From: Podospora anserina
Taxonomy: Eukaryota
Direction of reading: 5' to 3'
DNA: 64,000 nucleotides
Assembly (NCBI GenBank): GCA_017654855.1
Contig: CM030336.1
Coordinates: forward strand, 2,542,001-2,606,000
In this document: positions 50,506 through 64,000 of the stretch, piece after piece
How the letters are laid out: every line of letters starts with the position of its first letter
How positions within the stretch are numbered: position 1 is the stretch's first letter
Notes under the pieces: model-generated
The model's database searches: none
Seen by the model: only the letters and a program-made list of their open reading frames with translations
What the model was told of the DNA's origin: nothing
Made by a program: the position numbers and the translations under genes

Positions 50506-51175
50506 GGGGAATCGTGCGATCGGTTAGAGGGTTTGGTGGCGTCGTCGAAGGGTGTCAAAGTGGTGATGGAGGGGGTTTGGACGCCGGTCGATGGGCGCGC
50601 TCGTGTCTTTTGAGGGTGTTGGTCTTTACTGACGATGCCTTGCCAGTTTTCCTTGTTGCTTTCTCGCCAAAAGAATATGCCCCAAAAATTCTTAAAGATG
50701 CGACAAAACCCGGTGAATATAGCGGTATCTCAGCGAGGAGAGAGAGGAGCAACTGTGGACAGGTATGTAAGGTAAAGTTCAATTGCTCCGAGAGGCAGTG
50801 AATGAAGGAAGGCGTGAGACGGAAATAGAAGCATGGAAGCCGCGTTGCGCCTCGTGGTCTTCACTATCTCCGTGGTCAGCGGCCATGGTGAATATCTCGG
50901 TTCCACTTTGGCGTTGCGATATGGTATAGTTGTCAGTTGCGGGAAATCTTGGTAGTTGTGGACAGGTATGTATATAAATAAGGCCGAAGGCCGGTGCTTC
51001 GAATTTCATCCGATATCTCCTCAACAATTGGATCAACTCGGGCCACGTCGTTCAACGGAAAAAGAAGCGCCTGGCGTGACATGGCAAACTTGCGGCTCGA
51101 AGTGTGTCAAAATGTGCAAGCGCTGCAATTCATCGCTGTCATTACTGGGTATAGACGCCTCAAAATACTCACCAT

Positions 51176-52754
<1,579 letters not shown>

Positions 52755-53910
52755 GGTTGGTTTGACTGGAAAAGCGAAGATATCGCGTAAAATGTGTCGG
52801 TGGTGATGTTTTGGAGCCGCGTGGCATTATGTATGTCTGCCACCTAGCCGTCCGGCCGTGTGGGTCGGGGTGTGATCCGGGCCAAGCCGGGGGTGGTTCG
52901 GGAACGACCCACCCTGGCGTATTGTGTTATATCACGCCATCGCTGCGATGGGGAGGTGAAGGACGCTTTTCCACAGTGACGGGGGACGAAGCTGACCGGA
53001 AAAAAATCCGAACTAATTTTTGGCTAGGGCAGAAGTATTTTGAAAGAAAAACGCCAAAGACGAAGTCGGCACCGGTGGTGGTGATTTGGTAGCGCCTGTG
53101 GCTGGCAAACAGAAAAAACAAAAATGTTGGTGTGCTAACAAACAACTACCGGTGACGTTTGGTGTTCGGTGAGCCAGGCTGCAGCGTTCCTGCCAAGACC
53201 TTCCCGATTCGCCCAGGCGTGGTCTGGGCCCTGTCAAATCGTCCCCCGTTTCCCAACTGCCTTCCATCTCCCCGACACCAGTTTCTTTTTCGTTAGACTA
53301 ATGGCACATTGCGAACCAGTCATTGTTACAAGCTTCAAATTTTGACATTACGCAGCTATCCAGTTTCTTGGTATCGCCAGGACTCGATACCTGTTCCTGG
53401 ATGCAGTAGTCGATTCTACCACAAACTTGACTTGGACGAGTTCAATGCCACAGAGGCAGTATGCTTTCTCGACAAGGCCGGAAATGAACAGCAACTCTGG
53501 CATTCCTTGAGAACTCTCCTCCTATTAGGCCCCAACATGATCCACTTACACCACACCACATCTCATCCCATCCCACAATGAATGCCGACTGGGCACCAGC
53601 ACTACTTATCAGCCCTCTCCGAGCCCGGTCTCCGGGACGCCTTGCAGCGACTGGTCCCCGAGAATGCGGGTGGCCCGCCTATACCACCCAACTAGCGGGT
53701 CCGCACGTGGGAACTGCATCTCGATGCCATCCACGGCCTGGATCACGTCAACGCTGGCAACAAAGGGTTCCGACCGTTGGCTCCCGCGCCCCGAGCTGAT
53801 CTTTGATCGGCAGTCGCTGCCGATAAAAGCAATGCCGCGTCTCCCTGTTTGTGTCACCGATTCCTCGGTGTCATCTAGCTCTTCAACCACACCGCCAAGC
53901 CTCGGACAAC

Positions 53911-55716
53911 ATGGCTCAACCATCCGTCGAAAAGGACACCAAGAAGAGCGGGAACGATGTGGACTCTGGGACATCCTCTTCTGTTGAAGAAGGATGGACA
54001 GAGTGGGATGAGGCCAAGGCCCGGAGGAAGTCCGTTTGTCTTAGCTTCCGTCTACTACGAAGCGCGGCGCTGACATCGTGCGTAGGGTTGACTTTTCCGT
54101 TTTGCCATTGTTGTTCCTTGGGCTTCTAGTCTTTCAGCTTGACCGGATGAACATTGCTAGCGCCTTGACTGGTGGCTTTGCAGAGGATATTGGTGTCTCG
54201 TTGGATACCGTCAATGCTGGCAACCAGATGATGTTTGCTGGTATTGTGCTGTTGGAAATTCCATCCAACCTTGCCCTTCAAAAGGTATGATCAAAGATGA
54301 CGCTCAACGATAAGCATTTGCTGACCCCGTATTGCTAGCTCGGACCAAGGAAATGGATCGCAGGTCAAGTCCTGGCGTTTGGTACTGTGGCCTCACTGCA
54401 AATCTTCATCCATAACAAGGCCGGGTTCCTGGCCTCTCGGCTCATACTCGGCTTCTGCGAATCTGGCTACATCCCCGGTGCCATCTACACCCTCTCAACA
54501 TGGTATGCCAAGCGAGAATTGGCCAAGCGGGTTGCTATTCTGTTCTTTGGCATGTTTGGCGCGAATGCAATTAGCCCATTGTTGGCCACCGGCATCCTGA
54601 AATTGGACGGTGCTGGGGGCTTGCATGGATGGCAATGGCTCTTTCTTCGTATGTTTTTCATCCCGACCTTGCCTCCGATTCGATGCTGACTGATCTTAGT
54701 TGAGGGCCTCTTTACCATTGTGGTCTCGTTCATTCTCATCTTCTTCCTCCCCGGATCCCCTGACATGCCAAGGCCGCTTCTCAGCCCAGGCCTGATCAGG
54801 TTTGATTCGAACGACCGCGATATTCTCCAGAAGAGGCTCGAAAGGGGCGATAATGAAAAGAAGGGAGGTGCGCAGGGAATGGAAATTCCCCTGCAGCTGG
54901 TGTGGAAGACTGTCACCCATTATCGGCGGTGGCCACATTTCATTTCTACCTTTTGCCTGTTCTCAACATGGAGTTCGTTGACCACCTACACACCTTCCAT
55001 CTTGAAGTAAGTTATCCCCGCATATCCGTCTTTTAGCTTGGCTAAATATCTGACTGCAAACAGATCCCTGGGCTGGGACACTATTGCTGCGAATGCTTTG
55101 GCTGCCGTTGGTGCTTCCCTTTCGCTGGTCTTTGTCTTCATCTTTGCATACATCAGTGACAAAACCAACCTCCGCGGTGGCACTGTCATCCTTGCACAGG
55201 TCTGCTTTCTGATCACGCTGATCGTGGCAAGAGAAGTCCATCCACATGTCGGCCAATGGTCCCGATGGGCTTTGTGGACAGCTGTCAACGCGCTGGCCGT
55301 GGGGTATCACCCTGTCCACAACACATGGCTCCAACTCAACTGCAGAAGTCCAGGTGAACGGAGTATAAGTATTGCGTGAGTTCTTCTAGACCGAAAACGA
55401 ACTTGCGGGGTTTTGTTGACAGGTGCAGGATGTGGGTCATGTCTGCCATTAGCGGGCTGATGGTTGGCACACAGTATTATCAGGCCGAGGATAGACCATT
55501 GTAAGCTGTGCTGCTCACTGCTGCACCTTGATCTATGCTAACGTTGTGTGCCTTAGTTACTCCAACGGTCTCCGCATTCAGATCATCATGGTGTCTGTTG
55601 GTATCGTCTTTGCCATCCTGCAGGTTGGGATTTACAAGGTGCATAATAAGAGAGTGGCTGAGGGGAAACATGAAGCTGATGAGGATGGTCAGGAGCCACA
55701 GATTTATGTCCCCTGA
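53911..55716 (+). CDS. MFS transporter, allantoate permease/ACS family (multi-exon)
   Basis: QLDRMNIASA, LEIPSN, RLILGFCESGYIPG, WYAKRELAKR and GWQWLF motifs. Confidence 0.92.
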
Positions 55717-55867
55717 GTGGTGGATTGGCTCATGTTGTAAGAGGGATGCATTCGTATGGGAGAAGCGTGCAGTTTTCGTTTCATTTCACTCGTGGTTTAA
55801 GTGACAAAATCTGGTGGTGGACCTTCATGACCCTGGCGCGGAATGAATAAGCTTCGTCGATCCAATC

Positions 55868-56374
55868 TCATCGAAGTGAAACAGAGTTCTCGTATGTCTT
55901 GCAACGTGCTAGTGGTTCAGATAAAGTTTCGGTGCGTCCAAACCCAAAGATTAATGTGTCAGCCGACTTGCCGTGGCCAAGCAATGCAAGGACTATTCTT
56001 TCTTTCCAGGTCTCGAAGTCAGGATGCTGGTTCCTTACATCGTTGCGCGAGATAGCATCCTCCTTTCTTCTATCCCACCCCTTGGAGCTCTTGGAAAAGT
56101 CACCAACGACGCGCACTTGTTTAAAGACAAAACCATCCAGTTCGCAGATGCTGATTTGAGAAATCTTACCATCCTGCCCCAATTGGTCTTCAAGAGGCAA
56201 ATTCCATCCACGCCATCGCATTATCGCAATGATATCAACCACAGCCAACAGAGAAACAATTGTACCAACTGCAGACTTGGCATCAGGTGTTGCCAGAAAG
56301 CGCACCATAGAACGAAGAGTCCCAAGTACAAAGACCCAGGATATGCCCCTCCGGTTAAGGTTGTGTAACATCTC
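55868..56374 (-). CDS. Possible hypothetical membrane protein
   Basis: ORF with two hydrophobic segments; no family recognised. Confidence 0.3.
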   Translation of the reverse strand, partial: EMLHNLNRRGISWVFVLGTLRSMVRFLATPDAKSAVGTIVSLLAVVDIIAIMRWRGWNLPLEDQLGQDGKISQISICELDGFVFKQVRVVGDFSKSSKGWDRRKEDAISRNDVRNQHPDFETWKERIVLALLGHGKSADTLIFGFGRTETLSEPLARCKTYENSVSLR

Positions 56375-56525
56375 ACTTTTCCCGGGCTCCGGATAGAGCC
56401 AATAAGCTGTTCTGAATCGTCCAAGACCCAGCGAGCGGCGGACTATGGATATTTTGCGTGCCGGCAGATATGCGTAACTCTCCTTGTGTAACCAAGCATA
56501 ACCTATCCTATCATCCCCCCAACCC

Positions 56526-57068
56526 CTAAGGATCCCCCTGCCACCCATCCCACTCCTCCGTCCAGCTCTCCTCCAAACCCGTCTTCTCATAGTACTCACT
56601 CCCAAACCGCAACGGCAAGCAAACCCCGTACGGATTTTTTTCTCCCTGCACACTCACCGGCGGGTGAATAAAACACGCTAACCCCTCCCTACACTCCCGT
56701 TTGTCCTCCCCCCCGCACCAATCGTCATTAGGTTGGCAAATCCCAGGGCCATCACAGGAAGGACCGCAGCCGCTATTGCGGGGATCGTCAGTGCAGTATT
56801 CTACTCTCTCGTCGCAGTTGTCGTAGAGGCCCCATCCGGCGCATTTGGTGTAGATTTTTTGCGTGGAGAGGTCGATTAGTTGGCAGGTGCCTGGGCAGCC
56901 GGGCCAGGAGGGGTCTTTGAGGGTTGTCCAGCGGGTGCAGGTTGGGAAGAGGGGGATGCATGTTAGGGGCGGAGCGCAGTCGCCGAGGTCGTAGTTGCAG
57001 GGAGCGTTGATCTCGGAAGGGGGAGTGGTTGGGAGGAGGGGGAGGAGGAGGATGGTTGGGAGCTTCAT
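56526..57068 (-). CDS. Small Cys-rich, probably secreted protein
   Basis: Hydrophobic N-terminus, ~15 Cys and a DDPRNSGCGPSCDGPGIC motif. Confidence 0.75.
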   Translation of the reverse strand: MKLPTILLLPLLPTTPPSEINAPCNYDLGDCAPPLTCIPLFPTCTRWTTLKDPSWPGCPGTCQLIDLSTQKIYTKCAGWGLYDNCDERVEYCTDDPRNSGCGPSCDGPGICQPNDDWCGGEDKRECREGLACFIHPPVSVQGEKNPYGVCLPLRFGSEYYEKTGLEESWTEEWDGWQGDP

Positions 57069-57714
57069 TTTGGGTGGCGGTGGGAGGGGAGGTGAGGTTG
57101 AAGGTTAGCTGCCTAGGCAAAGGTCGCATGGTGGTGTTAAATACTTGGTTGGAGGCGTGGGAGGAATGTGGATTGATGTAATGATGTGGTGGGTATGCAA
57201 TATCTTCATTGCTCGTCTATGGCTTTAACCGGACTGACTTGATGAAAAATGCAACTGTTGGTCGCGGAGGGTGAATCCTTTTTGCGGAGTTGTTGCCTCC
57301 TTTGTGCGGCATGAAGGAAGTCAGTACCAAGCATAAACGGAAGAGAGTTGCTGCACTGCACCTGTTCAAATACTGGACGCCTTTCTCAAGGGAATTCATC
57401 GATGAGTTGCTGTCAGAGCGTTTGGATCAAATGTCTGGTCGCGCCACAAACCACGTCTGTGTGGCGGTTGTTGGAACCAACCCAATTCTTTCCCCAGGCA
57501 GCAGCCTAGTGGGGCCTCTGCTGCCTCAGAGCTTCCAGGTTGCGTTGGAAGATTGTGGCAGGTATCAACGTCCACCTAGGGAAGCCATCTGATGGCGGAA
57601 AAGCTAGACATAATATCGGGGACTCAAATGATAAAAAGGCTTGGTGAACACTGCAACTCGTTTTCATTTCTTTTTCTTTTCCATTACCAAACAATTCAAC
57701 CAACAACCGAGAAG

Positions 57715-60020
57715 ATGAGTGCCTACATCATCTGCTGTCCTATCTGCGGATGGAGAATATACGACATAAGTGCCGGCTGGAGAAACGAATTTCGTGGTCG
57801 TGAGTCTATCTGTGTGCTCAACAGAGTACATCTCTGCTAACTCCCGTAGTTTGCATCACACCAAAGAAGGGAAAGATTTACCTGACTGGACTTGGCGTCT
57901 ATGACGACCCTAGCAGCGGCGGCTTTATTGCGCCACGAAATACAGCTGCCAGATATGACGACGATGGATACACCAGGCCTCAGAAGGATCAATTCGCTAC
58001 CCATAGGCTGGGTACTGGCAAGCGCGGCTTCGCAATTCACGATGCTTGTTGACTCCTCCTCCAGCAAGCCATGTCACCAGCCGCGGTCCCCCTTGACCGG
58101 GTTTTCTATTCTCTTGACTCAGCCAAAGACTCGTATAGGCCCCCTAGGTCCGAATGGGCCTAAGAGCAACACGGAGAAGAGGACAGCCTGTTTCCTTGGG
58201 AGATCAATGGACGCAATGATGAAGCAGAGGATGCGCCTTGGGCCGCTGACCCACGTGAGGTGAATGTTCAAACGATACTAGACGTAACCAGACTCGCCGA
58301 GAGATGTCCAGACGACGCCAAAGCCAAAAACCTGACCACCGAGCTATCAGACCTGGTCGGAGAGTTTTCTTGGTTTTTTGAGGCCTTTCTGGATGACAAT
58401 CGGTGCCCAAGGGACTGGAAATTGATGTCCCAACTGCTCGCCGACAAAAAAAGCACCATCATCACTCCGTTTACTCGAAGGGGGCTTGAGATCAGGAGGC
58501 ATATCTGGTCCCGCAATGTCAAGCTCTTGCCACTCATTAGACTTCATAGTCATGAGATTCCGAAACCACTGATGCCGCCTTGGGCAATTGATGACGACGA
58601 ATTTCCTGCTGATCGCTGGGAAATCGTGGCAGGCAATCTCGGAGGTGCTTGTAGAGAGCTCTTCAGTTACCAATTCCGCCTTCCCAATGACGTGGAGAGT
58701 CTTAGCATATCAACCATCGTCGTTGGGTATTTCACATATGTCTGTGGTCTTTCATTTTTGACCTTGTCAGGCCAGAACTTGAAGGTTCGTTACAATAACA
58801 CCGACCAGGCGGAGTCGTGGACTTATTTGGAGCCGGCAGGGCTGACAGGCTTGAATGTTGCGGTTGGAGAGAGCGGTATTCATGCACTGCAGTGTGTTAA
58901 CCCAACAGGGCCGGTGGGTGATTGGCTTGGTCAACACCACAGGATTGCAAAGACGAAGCGGATAGGGGGGGCAAATGCAATTTCGGCACCGAAAGTTGGT
59001 TTCGATGTAAATGGGATCCCCTCAACAGCGAAGACTTGTTGGATGATTGGCTGACTCTAGTTTTGCAGGGATTTAGACTTGTCAGCATAGCTGCTGTCGT
59101 AGAGAATGGCCAATCACAGGATGATGAGGGGCTAAACGACTTTCAGCTAAGAACCTCCGCCGTGTGGTTTCCTGACATGCCTCCCACCCATGTCAACCTG
59201 AACGTGGGTTTCTTCCCCCATGTGGCATCGTTTACCCATGGTTTTAAGCCTCTTCTCTGGAATCATTTTGGTGGGGCCGGGGGATCTTACTTGACAAATC
59301 TGACCAAGATATCATTTGATGGCGAAAGATTCAATTTTGGGTACGACAGAGAGGATGTTCCGGCAGAGTCAAGGCTGTTTGGTCGACCAGTGCTACCAGC
59401 CAACAGTGAAGCTGAAGAGGAGAGGGGAGTTAATAAAACCGGCGATACCGGCATCGATGAAGAGAGGCCGCAACGAGGTCCCCATACACCTGACAGGCAG
59501 ACGGAGGAGGAATGCGACGAGGAAAGCGACGAGGAGATTGATGGATACGACCCAATGGGGGTTGATGAGTTTGACGAACCTGAAGACGAAGACGAAGACA
59601 AGCAAGACATCAAAACCTTTGACATCGATGGCCCAAGGGGAGAGCGCATTACTGAGGTCAAGGTGAGCCCGCACTGCACTCTGTTTGCTAGGAGAAGGGG
59701 GCACGGAATATATGATGGTCGCGTGGGTTATATCAAGGTACGTCAACCTTGCACATGAATAACGCTCGATCCCAACGCTACGAGGAGTCTACACAATGCA
59801 CACTGTAAAGCTAACATGCCACTCATAGCTTGTCACGAACCATGGACGGTCAGAATCATTTGTGATGGAAAGATATATTGGCCGGAATTGGGTTGACAAG
59901 AAGAGATCTTTTTCGGCAGAGCCTGGCACTGCTATCACTGGGTCTTATGGCGCCCTCGATTCCATCATACCGGTTGCAATTGGGGTTATCACTGAGACTG
60001 TTAATATTTAACTGGGTACC
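57715..60020 (+). pseudogene. Disrupted fungal F-box-associated (DUF7600-like) gene
   Basis: CPICG...W..EFR, LTGLG and HDAC*; TGA at 58050 replaces the expected HDACW Trp. Downstream YVCGL, HFGGAGG.YL..L and F.IDG..GE.I motifs; the 3' end abuts an LTR. Confidence 0.7.
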
Positions 60021-60796
60021 TAATAACGAACCCCTATCCAGAGCCTCTGAAGGGATACTGGTTGAAGGCACTTCTGAACAATCCTGGTTCGGTACAGCTA
60101 AACAGTGTACGACAAATGGCTTGTCTCAATCACAACAGTCTAGATACCAACGATTATAACTTATATTATATATTGCGGAACTCTCTATCTATACCAGCTA
60201 GTTCCTCCGTATATATAGATCTAGGGACCGTAGATCGTTAACTTACAGATTGTCCTGGGTCCTCTCCTTATTGGCCAATACTGGACCGTGGGCCGTAAGT
60301 CGCGCCGCGGTCCCCGGTTGTCACAATCGTTGGTGGGAACCCAACGCACGGGGCGCGGGGCGCCCCTGGCCAGTCATTACGGACCAGTCGGAAGAGGAAC
60401 GAAAGGCTCATGGTGATCCCGGTGAGCGGAGCGACAGGATCACGGTGATCATGGTGAGCCTCAGGTGGAGGATGTGATCCGGATCACCGCTAGGGAACGC
60501 GATCCAGGTGATCCACAGGTACGGAGGAACTAGATAGCTTGTAGATAGTTCCGCAGTATGCAATTCACAGTTGTATTCACGGCATCTTGTGTTTACATCG
60601 AGACATCTTGTTGTGCACTGTTTAGCTGCACCGAACCAATTGTCAGAAGTTACCTTCAACCAGTATCCCTTTCAGAGGTTCTGTACAGGGGTTCGTCACA
60701 CCGGTCCTAATCGTATTGGTCCATTCTATCCATCTAGACCGTAAGCCCCGCTTAATGGTCCGGTCCAGTCCTAATTAATTCCTTACGTGGCCACTA
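60021..60796 (-). repeat. Older, diverged crapaud-related LTR split by a younger solo LTR (end uncertain)
   Basis: 60021-60215 matches the conserved LTR half, including GTTCCTCCGTATATATAG; the variable half is interrupted at CCGGT. Confidence 0.7.
60319..60700 (+). repeat. Un-RIP'd solo LTR (382 bp) with 5-bp TSD CCGGT
   Basis: TGTCACA...GTCACA; CCGGT at 60314-60318 and 60701-60705; CpA/TpG retained. Confidence 0.93.
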
Positions 60797-60873
60797 TTTT
60801 TTAAAACCGTAATATAATACTCCCTCTCTAGGCCGAAATCTCTATAGTTTAGTCTCTTTTACTATTAACGATA

Positions 60874-61552
60874 ACGTATTTAATAAACGAGCGGATCGGA
60901 CAAGCAAGTAGATCGATTTCTACTACCCTGTTACAACTATCCTCAATTGCAAAACAATAATACTACTAACCTACTACAATTATATTAGAAACAGCTAAAT
61001 CAGACTCTTCTGCAACCTCCTAGTACGTATGGATATTATAGCCAGGCTTACCGCACACACCACAGCACCGAATTTTCGTACGAGGCCCCCCTACATTACC
61101 GCTATCCGGCTATATTTCTTTTACTACCTCCCTACTTACGGCCTTTTAGTTTAGTAGATCCTATGTATCTTGCATAGTAAGTAATTCTCTAAGCTACACA
61201 CGTATTCCTTTAGCTTTTCGGCGCTTACTTAAGGCCTTGTTAGCTTTACGGAGTGAAGCGTTCTCTGCACGAAAGAAAGCTACCTAGTATATTATAATTA
61301 TTATACTTTTAATAAGCTAGTTTACTATAGTTAATATTAAAGTCGGGGAATTATTTTAATAATTAATAATAAAAATCTTAGTAAACGTTAACTACAAATT
61401 AATTTCTTAAGGGTTTTATAGTATTTAGAATACTTAAGGTTATAAAGTGCCGGGCCGTAAAGTCGAGGGTATTAATGTACGAAGCTTTATATTTAATTTA
61501 AAAAATATCCTTTCTAAATCGTATAGTATAAGGCTAGTACTTATAAAGCTAC
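60874..61552 (-). mobile_element. 3' part of a pogo/Fot1 transposon
   Basis: TA|ACGTATT terminus with two subrepeats; minus strand reads ...ENASLRKANKALSKRRKAK... and RCCGVCGKPG (Zn knuckle). Confidence 0.85.
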
Positions 61553-62131
61553 TGTTAATGTGTGGGTACTACTAAGTGCCCTACTTACTGCCCTACAGAT
61601 TAATATTACAGTGGGCAGTACTGCTATAAGCAGTAATGGAACTTCCCGGCTTGGATCCCTTTAGAATATTCTTTACAAGGGACCCTTAAAGGCTTACAGG
61701 GCTACTGTGGCCTGAGGCTTAGTCAATGGATACTAAAACCTTCCAAAGTGGCTACAGGCTTACGTAGTAAGTTGCCACAATAGTGTGATTTACAAGGCAC
61801 CTCTGCTACCGAAGGTTCTATGGATTTCCGTAAGTCTACACTAGACCCACCTAAGCTCACCGAATACCCCAAAGTGGTATAGGGGCTTCCAGGGCCTACA
61901 GGACCCACAGTAGGCCTACGAAGGCCTATATATAGACCTCTCCTCTCTCCTATAGAATAGTTCTCTTTCTTTCCTTAAGGGCAAAAGCTTAAGGCTAAGG
62001 CCAAAGGCCAAGGCCAAGGGTAATAAAAGCAATTCTTATTCCTTATACCTCACTGTATTACAGTGCTTTACCTTCCTTCGGCACTGCCGTCGTATCCTCC
62101 CGCTTCCGCTTACGCACTGCTATATTTTACA
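61553..62131 (+). repeat. Solo LTR of the second family (~579 bp)
   Basis: TGTTAATG...TTTTACA with TATA box; flanks GCTAC/GCAAC (TSD with one mismatch); homologous to 10091-10524. Confidence 0.75.
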
Positions 62132-62179
62132 GCAACCCTATATAGGTTCTATATTATAGGCCTATTAGGGCTTACCAGC

Positions 62180-62602
62180 TAATAATTATTTATAATATAA
62201 TTAATATATAATATATTATTAATAGAAACGATTAAAATTATATTATTTTTTATAAACTTTAAATATAAGGTAGACCTATAGTAAGGATTTAGCGTTAAGG
62301 TACTTAAGGCTAGGGTTAAAGTAAATAAACTATATATACTTTATAATAAACATAAATAAAAACTAAAGTTTATAAAGGAAAAAATACAAAAATATTATAA
62401 TATTAAAAGGCTCGAGGGACCTCGCTTTAAGGGGGGAAATATAATATTCCTTTCCATACGCAATTTATATACTAAAAGACCTAATAAAAAGCTGAATTAT
62501 AGGAGAGTAAGCCTATTTAAGGTTAAAAAGAAAATCTTAAAGATAGTATTTACATTAAAACTATTTAATATAATATATTTAAAGTTATATACTTTATATA
62601 TT
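62180..62602 (+). mobile_element. Fragment of the crapaud-type integrase 3' region
   Basis: Reverse-complement homologue of ~5075-5490. Confidence 0.8.
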
Positions 62603-64000
62603 TGTCACGGCTTAACACTTTGGTGGGGCGCGGGGCGCACTACGGGCCAATCATTAGTACAGGAGCGAGGACCAATTAAAGCAAGATCATTGGGATCGAG
62701 GATCGATCCAGAAGAGTTAATCCCAAAAGGGATAGTATCGATAGGATCGATGGTCGAGTCAATTGATCCAGGATAGTGCCAGGCTTGGTACAGGGTCTAT
62801 ATATACGGAGGAACTGGCTAGTATAAATAAATAGTTCTATAGTATATAATTTAAGTTTATATTTATAGTATTTAGTATTTATATTAAAATATTTTATTAT
62901 ACACTATTTAATTATACCGAATTAATTATTAAAAATTACCTTTAACCAGTATCCCTTTTAAAGGTTCTGTATAGAGGTTCGTTATACGTTATATACTTAC
63001 TTTAACTCTATTACGGATAAATTAAAAACGTTTTTTTATTACTATAGCCTAACCCAAAAACGTTTAGATAAGAGGCGTCCCGCTTAGCCTAATTATCGAG
63101 GGACTTTCTACGGTAGACGCTAGGTCTAGGGTCACTACGGCTTAATAGTTTATTAATCGCGTTAAGGAGTTTAAAGCCGAAGCCTAATAAACTAGGGAGT
63201 AGGTTTTTACTCTCTTAGCGGCTAGGCCCACGTATATAACTAAGTTCCCGGCACCGGAGCGCTATAGAAGTAGAAAAGTAAAGCTTAAAGGTTTTTTAAT
63301 TTAGTTTAAAACCTATTTTCGTTATTACCCGGAATAGTTTAATATAGAGGAGTCGAAGGTAATATATATAATTACTTAGCTTAAGGATAAAACTTTTATT
63401 TAATTCAAACTTATTTTTAATAATTATTATAAAGTAATAACGGAGGATTAGAAGGAAATTATTATTTAATATTTTTAGAGCTACCGAACTTTTAAAGTAA
63501 AACTTAAAGAAATATTTAAGGAATATAATAAAGATAGACGCGCGTAAAAGAGGTTTGTAAACTTATAGTAAATATATTTAATAATAAAATACGTTATTTA
63601 GTTTAAAATTAATAATCTATATAACGAAATTAACGATAAAAGATTAATATAAACCTTTTATAATAACTTTAAGGAAAAAGTAAAAGACGAGTTATATAAG
63701 GAAGAGAGGTTTAATATTATTAATAAATATATTACTATAGTTATACGGATCGATAATAAATAATTTTAGCGTTATACGGAAAAGAGAAACTATAATAATT
63801 AAGGTTATTACGGAAATTATTACTTTAACGATAAACGTAAATAGTAATACCCGATTATTAATTATTCCGATATTATATATTCGGGACCTATAAATATTAA
63901 CGTTATATAGTAATAAAAACTATAAAGCTAGGGTTAAAGTAAAAATAATTATAAATATTTTAATTATAGTAAAGTAAAATATTTTAAAAAAAATTATTAA
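62603..64000 (+). mobile_element. Crapaud-type Gypsy element: 5' LTR (62603-62986) plus RIP'd gag, running off the window
   Basis: 384-bp LTR of the same subfamily as 1188-1571; internal sequence homologous to 2863-1860. Confidence 0.88.

Overview
Filamentous ascomycete DNA, inferred to be Podospora anserina complex from crapaud-like LTRs, RIP signatures and a GH51 gene resembling PaAbf51A. A ~49-kb gene island (~11.3-60.0 kb) lies between two AT-rich, RIP-mutated nests of nested transposons (1-11.2 kb; 60.0-64 kb). The nests share the same families: Ty3/Gypsy crapaud-type elements whose LTRs have a conserved half and a subfamily-specific half, a second LTR family, and a pogo/Fot1 DNA transposon. 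Apparently intact island genes include a GH51 arabinofuranosidase, an a/b-hydrolase-NACHT NLR, a P450, a HET-domain gene, a sesquiterpene cyclase, an NADP-dependent reductase, a 1557-aa pseudokinase, an Ayg1-like hydrolase, a methyltransferase, an FMO, an MFS transporter and a Cys-rich secreted protein. At least five pseudogenes are interspersed. Most notable: (i) a RIP-erased antisense six-Cys plus coiled-coil ORF inside the Gypsy element; (ii) two inverted arrays of the same 21-bp unit bracketing ~15.6 kb; (iii) a stand-alone Copia-gag-like ORF; (iv) a pristine TATA-less solo LTR; (v) a 5'-C-rich/3'-G-rich skew switch inside many genes. All calls were made by eye; no database searches were run.
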